DNA from: the human T2T-CHM13v2.0 reference genome, Homo sapiens | Assembly (NCBI RefSeq): GCF_009914755.1 | Contig: NC_060929.1 | Strand: one strand, 5' to 3' | Length of the DNA stretch: 64,000 bases | Part shown: one piece after another, positions 56,213-64,000 of the stretch | Layout of the letters: every line of letters begins with the position of its first letter | Position numbering within the stretch: position 1 is the stretch's first letter | Notes under the pieces: generated by a model | The model's database searches: none | The model's input: the letters and a program-made list of their open reading frames with translations, nothing else | What the model was told of the DNA's origin: nothing | Made by a program: the position numbers and the translations under genes

Positions 56213-57364
56213 TATCGCCAAGTGGTGAGTACCATTGGACCCCTTTCACTTGCTATTCTGTCCTATTATTCCTTAGAATTTGGGGGCTAAACACCGAGCA
56301 CCTGTCAGCCAGTTAAAAGCAACTAGCATGGCCGCTGGACTAAAGACATGGGTGTCAGGCTTTCTGGGAAAGGGCTCTCTAACAACCCCCAACTCTTTGG
56401 AGTTGGGAGCGTTGGTTTGCCTGGAACCAGTTTCTGCTTTTCTTGTACTTCTGGGCTGAGCCGAGGGTTGACAGAGAGAAAAGCCATTCAGCTCCGGAGT
56501 CCCAACAAAAAGTTGGTTGACCCTGTAGCCATGAGGGGAACTCTCAAAGTCACGTCGCCCAAGTGAGACTTGACCATGTATCCTATCTATCCTCATCCTT
56601 GCCTCCTGGGTCCTAATGCCTGTCAGACAAACTTCCTCCTGTGTCTTTTCTGAGGCTAGTCCTGCTTCTAAAAACCACTCCCTTCTCTGGTGATTTTCTA
56701 GTTTCTCTTATAAGAATGATTTCTAATATAAATGTCAGGACTCTGTTCCCTTCCTTAGGCACCCAAGCTCACCAATCAGAAAGACGTAATTTTTGCCCAA
56801 AGCCCCATCAGGGTAGCTGGTGGGGGGTTTACTATCTGGAATTTTAGGATCCCTCTTCAGACTTGCAGGCCTAACAAATTATATCCCTGAAGCTAGGATA
56901 TGGGGAGCCTCAGAAATCATATCCTTCCTATCCATATGATGAGAAATGAGGAAAAAAGGTGTCACTCTTCCAACCCTGGAGATCCCTTCCCTCCCTCAGG
57001 GTATGGCCCTCCAAATTTGAGACATAACGTCTTTATAGGACAAGGGTAAGTTCTAAGCAGAAAATGCTTAGAACGCTAACAAGCTTATGAGAATGCATCA
57101 GTAAGGGCCACTAAATCTGATTTTTCTCGGACTTCTTTGTGGTCTAAAAGGAAAGGCAAGGGTGCAGGTTTTTGAGAATGTGTCAGTAAGAGCCACTAAA
57201 TCCGACCTTCCTTGGTCCTCATTCTGGACTAGGAGGAAAACTATTGTTTCTGCTGCTGCATCGGTGAGCACAACTATTCTGATCAGCGGGGTCCAGGGAC
57301 TGTTGAGGGTTCTTGGGCAGGGGGTGGGAAACAAACCAAAACTGCAGGCGGTTTTTTCTTTCAC

Positions 57365-58805
57365 ATGGGAAGCACTCAGGCCTCAACAGGCTCAACCTTG
57401 AAATGTATCCTAAGCCACTGGGACCAATTGGACCTGTGAACCCTGACAAAGAGGCAGCTGATCTTTTTCTGCCCTATGACCTGGCCCCAATATTCTCTCT
57501 CTGATAGGGAAAAATGGTCACCTCAGGGAAGTATAAATATTAATACTATCCTGCAGCTTGATCTTTTCTGTAAGAGGGAAGGCAAATGGAGTGAAATACC
57601 CTATGTCCAAGCTTTCTTTTCATTGAAGGATAATCCACAACTATGCAAAGCTTGCAATTTACATTCCACAGGAGGACATCTCAGCATACCTCCATATCCT
57701 AGCTTTCCTATAGCTCCCCTTCCTATTAATGATAAGCCTCCTCTAATCTCCCCTGCCCAGAAAGAAACAAGCAAAGAAATCTCCAGAGGACCACAAAAAC
57801 TCCCAGGCTATCAGTTTTGTCCCCTTCAAGTTGTAGGGAGAAGGAAATTTGGCACAACCTGGGTACATGTCCCCTTCTCCCTTTCTGATTTAAAGCAGAT
57901 CAAGGTAGACCTGGGGAAGTTTTCAGATGTCCTACAGGGTCTAGGGCAAACCTTTGACCTCACTTGGAGATGTGTCTTGCTATTGTTAGATCAAACCCTC
58001 ACCTTTAATGAAAAGAATGTGGCTTTAGATGCAGCCCGAGAGTTTGGAGATACTTGGTATCTTAGTCAAGTAAACGATAGAATGACAGCCAAAGAAAGGG
58101 ACAAATTCCCTAACAGTCAGCAAGCCATCCCCAGTATGGATCCCCACTGGGACCTCAACTCAAATCATGGGGACTGGAGTCGCAAACATCTGCTGACCTC
58201 TGTTATAGAAGGAGTAAGAAGAATTAGGAAAAAGTCCATGAATTATTCAATGATGTCCACCATAACTCAGGGAAAGAAAGAAAATCCTTCTGCCTTCCTC
58301 GAGCAGCTACAGGAGACCTTAAGAAAATATACTTCCTTGTCACCCAACTCTCTCAAAGGGTCAATTGATCCTAAAAGATAAGTTTATTACCCAATCAGCC
58401 ACAGATATCAGGAGAAAGCTCCAAAAGTGAGCCCTGGGCCCTGAATAAAATCTGGAGGCATTATTAAACCTGGCAACCTTGGTGTTTTATAATAAGGACC
58501 AAGAGGAACAGGCCGAAAAGGAAAAGTGAGATCAGAGAAAGGCTGCAGCCTTAGTCATGGCCCTCAGACAAACAAACCTTGGTGGTTCAGAGAGGACAGA
58601 AAATGGAGCAGGCCAATCAACCAGTAGGGCTTGTTATCAGTGTGGCTTGCAAGGACATTTTAAAAAAGATTGTCCAACGAGAAACAAGCTGCCCCCTCAC
58701 CCATGTCCACTATGCCAAGGCAATCATTGGAAGGTGCACTGCCCCAGAGGACAAAATTTCTCTGGGCCAGAAGCCCACAACCAGATGATCCAACAACATG
58801 ACTGA
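57365..58805 (+). pseudogene. gag: ERV9 gag (stops and frameshift)
   Basis: MGSTQASTGSTLKCILSHWDQ start in frame with the 301-aa ORF 57476-58381; MHR-like [15 protein letters not shown]; zinc knuckle CYQCGLQGHFKKDC plus CPLCQGNHWKVHC. Confidence 0.93.
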
Positions 58806-61005
58806 GGGTGCCCGGGGCAAGCGCCAGCTCATGTCATCACCCTCACTGAACCCCAGGTACGTTTAACCATTGAGGGCCAGGAAATTGACTTCTCCTGGAC
58901 ACTGGTGTGGCTTCCTCAGTGTTAATCTCTTGTCCCAGACAGCTGTCCTCAAGGTCCGTTACCATCCAAGGAATCCTGAGACAGCCTGTAACCTGGTATT
59001 TCTCCCACCTCCTCAGCTGTAATTGGGAGACTTTGCTCTTTTCACATGATTTTCTTGTTATGCCTGGAAGTCCCATACCCTTATTAGGGAGGGACATATT
59101 AGCGAAAGCTGGAGCTATTATCTACATGAATATGGGGAACGAGTTGCCCATTTGTTGTCCCCTGCTTGAGGAGGGAATCAACCCTGAAGTCGGGGCATTG
59201 GAAAGACAATTTGGAAGGCCAAAAAATGCCTGCCCAGTCCAAATCAGGCTAAAAGACCACACCACTTTTCCTTATCAAAGGCAATATCCCTTAAGGCCTG
59301 AAGCTCATAAAGGATTACAGGATATTGTTAGACATTTAAAAGCTCAAGTCTTAGTAAGAAAATGCAGCAGTCCCTGCAACACCCCAATTCTAGGAGTACA
59401 AAAACCGAATGGTCAGTGGAGACTAGTGCAAGATCTTAGACTCACCAATGAGTCAGTAATTCCTCTATACACAATTGTACCCAACCCTTATACGCTGCTC
59501 TCTCAAATACCAGAGGAAGCAGAATGGTTCGCTGTTCTGGGCCTCAAGGATGCCTTCTTCTGTATTCCCCTCCACTCTGACTCCCAGTTTCTCTTTGCCT
59601 TTGAGGATCCAACAGATCACACATCCCAAATTACATGGACAGTCTTGCCCCATGGCTTTAGGGATAGCCCTCATCTATTTGATCAGGCACTAGCCCAAGA
59701 TCTAGGCCACTTCTGAAGTCCAGGCATTCTAGTCCTTCAGTATGTGGATGATTTACTTTTGGCTACCAGTTTGGAAGCCTCATGCCAGCAGGCTACTTGA
59801 GATCTCTTGAACTTTCTAGCTAATCAAGGGTGTATGGCATCTAAATTGAAAGTCCAGCTCTGCCTACAACAAGTCAAATATCTAGGCCTAATCTTAGATA
59901 GAAGAACCAGGGCCCTCAGCAAGGAATGAATAAAGCCTATGCTGGCTTATCGTCACCCTAAGACATTAAAACAATTGTGGGGGTTCCTTGGAATCACTGG
60001 CTTTTGCCGACTATGGATCCCTGGATAGAGTGAGATAGCCAGGCCCCCTCTATACTCTAATCAAGGAGACCCAGAGGGCAAATACTTATCTAGTATAATG
60101 GGAACCAGAGGCAGAAACAGCCTTCAAAACCTTAAAGGAGACCCTAGTACAAGCTCCAGCTTTAAGCCTTCCCACAGGACAAAACTTCTCTTTATATGTC
60201 ACAGAGAGAGCAGGAATAGCTCCTGGAGTCCTTACTCAGACTTTTGGACAACCCCACAGCCAGTGGCATACCTAAGTAAGGAAATTGATATAGTAGCAAA
60301 AGGCTGGCCTCACTGTTTATGGGTAGTTGCGGCTGTGGCAGTCTTACTGTCAAAGGCTATCAAAATAATACAAGGAAAGGATTTCACTATCTGGACTACT
60401 CATGAGGTAAATGGCATATTAGGTGCCAAAGGAAGTTTATGGCTATCAGACAACCACCTGCTCAGATACCAGGCACTACTGCTTGAGAGACCAGTGCTTT
60501 AAATATGCATGTGTGTGTGTGGCCCTCAACCCTGCCACTGTTCTCCCAGAAGATGGAGAACCAATGAAGCATGACTGTCAACAAATTAGAGTCCAGAGTT
60601 ATGCTGCCTGAGAGGATCTCTTAGAAGTCCCCTTAGCTAATCCTGACCTTAACCTATATGCTGATGGAAGTTCACTTGTGGAGAATGGGATACGAAAAGC
60701 ACATTATGCCATAGTTAGTGAGGTAACAGTACTTGAAAGTAAGCCTATTCCCCCATGGACCAGAGCCCAGTTAGCAGAACTAGTGGCACTTACCCAAGCC
60801 TTAGAACTAGGAAAGGGAAAAATAATAAATGTGTATACAGATAGCAAGTATGCTTATCTAATCCTACATGCCCATGCTGCAGTATGGAAAGAAAGGGAGT
60901 TCCTAACCTCTGGGGGAACCCCCATTAAATACCAGAAGGAAATCATGGAGTTATTGCATGCAGTGCAAAAACTCAAGTAGGTGGCAGTTTTACACTGCTG
61001 AAGCT
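58806..61005 (+). pseudogene. pol: ERV9 pro-pol (protease, RT, RNase H; integrase absent)
   Basis: LLDTG protease near 58895; QYPLRPEA, WRLVQDLR, LPHGFRDSP, YVDD (59741-59752); RNase H LYADGSS, AELVAL, YTDSKY; multiple stops and frameshifts. Confidence 0.95.
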
Positions 61006-61007
61006 AT

Positions 61008-61292
61008 GGGGAAGGAGAGAGGAGAACAGCAGCATAAGTGGCTAGCAGAGGCAGTGAAAGACTAGCAGAGAGGAGAGGTAGGGGAAAGACAGAAAGTCAA
61101 AGAAAAGAAGTCAAAGACAGACAGAGAAAGAGACAGAGGGAGCCAGAGAGAAAGAAAAGAGAGAAAGAAAGAGACAGAAAGTCAAAGAAAGAGAGAGAGG
61201 AAGAGACAGAGACAAAGAAGGAGTCAGAGAGAAAGAGATAGAAAGTCAAAGAGAAAGAAAGTGAGAAAGAGAGATGGAAATAGTAAAGAAAA
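61008..61292 (+). repeat. AG-rich polypurine low-complexity tract
   Basis: Repeated gagacagaaagtcaaag-like units with few pyrimidines. Confidence 0.92.
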
Positions 61293-61800
61293 AACAGTGT
61301 ACCCTATTCCTTTAAAAGCCAGGGTAAATTTAAAACGTATAATTTTATAATTGAAGGTCTTCTCCATAACCCTATAACATTAAAATACCACCTTGTTGTC
61401 AGTGTAAACAAGAGCATAGCCCAAAAGCACTGAGGCCACTGACAACCCATAGCCTTCCTATCAAAAATCCTTAACTCTGCAGGTTTCCTAACAGGGGATC
61501 TAAATCTTAACTAATCACCATACAAAGGTCCGACCAGACCTAGGAGAAACTCCCTTCAGGACAGAAGGATGGATGGTTCCTCCCAGGCCATTAAGGGAAA
61601 AAGACACAATGGGTATTCAGTAAGTGATAAGGGAACTCTTGTAGAAGCAGTTAGGAAGATTGCCTAATAATTGGTCTGCTCAAATGTGCCAGCTGTTTGC
61701 ACTCAGCTAAACCTTAAATTACTTACAGAATTAGGAAGGAGCCATCTATACCAATTCTGAGTTAATATGAACTGAACAAGTTCTTATTAATAGCAAAGAA
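61277..61800 (+). pseudogene. Second, heavily deleted pol relic (HERV-I/HERVIP10-like)
   Basis: Manual translation: KKQ/YPIPLKARVNLK..IIEGL, QPIAFLSKILN, KVRPDLGETPF, DGSSQAIKGKRHNGYSV, GRLPNNWSAQMCQLFAL, EGAIYTNS. Confidence 0.8.
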
Positions 61801-61894
61801 TCATTGAAATCTCAAACTTGCAAAGTTTTCAACAAAAGTAAAGTTTGCTGAAAGTTAACAGTGTAACATGTATTATCCTAACTTCTAATCTTGT

Positions 61895-62525
61895 GGAAAT
61901 CAGACCCTATCAGTGCCCCTCAAAGCTGAAGTCCATCAGCATATGGCCATACAACTAATACCCCTATTTATAGGGTTAGGAATGGCCACTGCTACAGGAA
62001 TGGGAGTAACAGGTTTATCTACTTCATTATCCTATTACCACACACTCTTAAAGGATTTCTCAGACAGTTTACAAGAAATAACAAAATCTATCCTTACTCT
62101 ATAATCCCAAATAGATTCTTTGGCAGCAGTGACTCTCCAAAACCACTGAGACCTAGACCTCCTTACTGCTGAGAAAGGAGGATTTTGCACCTTCTTAGGG
62201 GAAGAGTGTTGCTTTTACACTACAGTCAGGGATAGTAAGAGATGCCACCTGGTGTTTACAGGAAAAGGCTTCTGAAATCAGGCAATGCCTTTCAAACTCT
62301 TATACCAACTACTGGAGTCAGGCGACATGGCTTCCCCCCTTTCTAGGTCCTGTGACAGCCATCTTGCTATTACTCATCTTCAGGCCCTGTGTTTTTAGAC
62401 TCCTTGTCAAATTTGTTTCTTCCAGGATTGATGCCATCAAGCTACAGATGGTCTTACAAATGGAACACCAAATGAGCTCTACTAACAATTTCTACTGTGG
62501 ACCACTGGACTGACCCACTGACCCT
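61895..62525 (+). pseudogene. env: ERV9 env remnant (SU end plus TM)
   Basis: Fusion peptide AIQLIPLFIGLGMATATG, ISD LQNH*DLDLLTAEKGGFC, CX6CC (CTFLGEECC); internal stops. Confidence 0.92.
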
Positions 62526-62660
62526 TTGGCTGGCCTAGAGAGATCTGCTCTGTAGGACACTACCACTGCCACTGCAGGGCCCCTTCTTTGCCTCTATCCA
62601 ACAGGAAGTAGCTAGAGTGGTCATCACCCAATTCCCAACAGCAGTTAGGGTGTCCTGTTT

Positions 62661-62670
62661 AGAGGGGGGA
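62661..62670 (+). other. Polypurine tract
   Basis: agagggggga immediately before the 3' LTR. Confidence 0.9.
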
Positions 62671-62671
62671 T

Positions 62672-63143
62672 TGAGCGATGAAGCCAGCCGGACTTCCTGG
62701 GTTGAGTGGGGTCTTGGAGAACTTTTCTGTCATACAAGAGGTTTGTAAAACACACCAATCAGTGTTCTGTGGCTAGCTAGAGGTTTGTAAAGTGCTCCAA
62801 TCAGTGCTCTGTAAAAACGCACCAATCAGCGCTCTGTGGCTAGCTAGAGGTTTGTAAAATAGACCAATCAGCACTCTGTAAAATGGACCAATCAGCAGGA
62901 TGTGGGCAGGGACAAATGAGGGAATAAAAGCTGGCCACCCCAGCCAGCAGTGGTAAGCCACTCGGGTCCCCTTCCACGCTGTGGAAGCTTTGTTCTTTTG
63001 CTCTTCACAATAAATCTTGCTGCTGTTCTCTCTTTGGGTCTGTGCCATCTTTAAGAGCTGTAACACTCACTGCGAAGGTCCACGGTGCATTCTTGAAGTC
63101 AGTGAGACCGCAAACCCACCAGAAGGAACAAACTCCAGACACA
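62672..63143 (+). promoter_or_regulatory. 3' LTR, LTR12 family, 472 bp, five intact CCAAT boxes
   Basis: CCAAT at 62755, 62797, 62822, 62864, 62888; AATAAAA at 62923; poly(A) signal at 63009; ends ctccagacaca. Confidence 0.93.
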
Positions 63144-63147
63144 CTGT

Positions 63148-63360
63148 CATAGGTAAAGTCCCACAAAATGCTTGCATTGTTGCTTTGTCTACCAAACACC
63201 TAGAATAAGGAAGATAATAACAGAACCTAGCAGAGCTCCTGGCTATCTGGGAAGTATGCTTTATAAGGGTAAGAACTGTGCCTATGTTGTTTAAAGTAAC
63301 AGAGATATCATGGTTGTTTATTACTGCAGCATAACCTTGTCTACACTGACTAGTGAAACA
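63148..63360 (+). mobile_element. 3' half of an old MLT1(I/J-like) LTR into which the provirus inserted (5' half approx. 55600-55748)
   Basis: Ends tgttgtttaaag...gttgtttattactgcagcataaccttgtctacactgacta, the MLT1 terminus. Confidence 0.65.
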
Positions 63361-63454
63361 TTTGGCTACAGAGCCTTTGAAGCACTTGCCATGTTTAAAA
63401 TATTTCCTCCCTCGAACTTAGTGACTCAGAGCCCATGTCTTACTTTGTTAGTTG

Positions 63455-64000
63455 ATGTGCTTCCAGAGAAACAGACAGATAGATAGATATGTCTATCAAT
63501 CTGTGTATTTATCCATCTGAGAGAAATTTATCTTAAGAAACAGGCTTGCACAATTGTGGATGTTGGCAAGACAAAAATCTAAAGAGTAGATGGGCAGAGT
63601 GAGGAATCAGGGAAGAGTTGCAATTTAAATTCAAAAAATATCTTCTGACAGAATTTCTTCTTCTTCCAGAGAGGTCAGTACTTTTCTATTAAGGCTTTCA
63701 ATTAATTAGTTGAGGCCCATCCACATTCTGGAAAGTAATCTGCTTTATTCAAGATCTATTGGTTTAAATGTTAATTTCATCCAAAAACGCCTTCTCAGGA
63801 ACATATAGAAAATGTTTGACCAAATATCTGGGTACCATTGCCTAGCCAAGCTGACACACAAAATTAACTGTCACAAGTCCACTCCTTGTCAACTTGGTAT
63901 TCATCTATCTATCTACCTACCTACCTATATCATCTTTACATATATCCAATTAAAACATACTTAATATTTAAATAAATAAGATCATAATTCCACCTACCAT
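63455..64000 (-). mobile_element. MLT2(D-like) LTR (to 63875) plus adjacent ERVL internal 3' end
   Basis: gtttgaccaaatatctgggtaccattgcctagccaagctgacacacaaaattaactgtcaca followed by agtccactccttgtcaacttgg. Confidence 0.8.

Larger units (their letters stand above)
55749..63143 (+). mobile_element. ERV9/HERV9-type provirus (defective, chimeric)
   Basis: Two LTRs (TG...CA), perfect TSD CTGT (55745-55748 / 63144-63147), PBS, gag-pro-pol-env remnants, PPT. Confidence 0.96.

Noticed and set aside
57098-57205. Direct repeat tcagtaag(g/a)gccactaaatc(t/c)ga with a spacer, superficially CRISPR-like
   Set aside because: Only two copies, in a retroviral leader within eukaryotic DNA; an ordinary ERV9-group leader repeat.
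58907-59716. 269-aa protease/RT ORF as a functional reverse transcriptase
   Set aside because: It starts after a frameshifted protease active site and ends at a stop just before YVDD.
61038-61241. Arg/Glu/Lys-rich 67-aa ORF
   Set aside because: An artefact of AG low-complexity sequence.
62740-62900. Regularly spaced CCAATCAGC repeats as a CRISPR array
   Set aside because: These are LTR12 U3 enhancer repeats; the spacers are themselves repeated and there are no cas genes.

Overview
Primate (human-like) non-coding, AT-rich genomic DNA, dominated by interspersed repeats. I find no credible cellular protein-coding gene: the longer ORFs in the track are pieces of retroelement genes or chance ORFs. 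The main element is a ~7.4 kb ERV9/HERV9-type provirus (55749-63143, + strand). It has two LTR12-family LTRs, a 4-bp TSD (CTGT), a degenerate tRNA-Arg PBS, and decayed gag, pro-pol and env-TM. It is chimeric: integrase and almost all of env-SU are replaced by an AG-rich tract plus a deletion-riddled second pol/RNase H relic resembling HERV-I. Its two LTRs also differ in the structure of their CCAAT repeats. Also present: two MaLR proviruses with internal sequence (THE1D-like, MSTC-like), the second containing a 43-bp-arm near-perfect hairpin and a MADE1 MITE; a twin-primed (5'-inverted) L1PB; other L1s; six Alus; solo LTRs; a Tigger7/MER44 derivative; L2/MIR relics; and microsatellites. Subfamily names come from my memory of consensus sequences and need RepeatMasker/Dfam confirmation. 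I see no evidence for a wholly new biological system.
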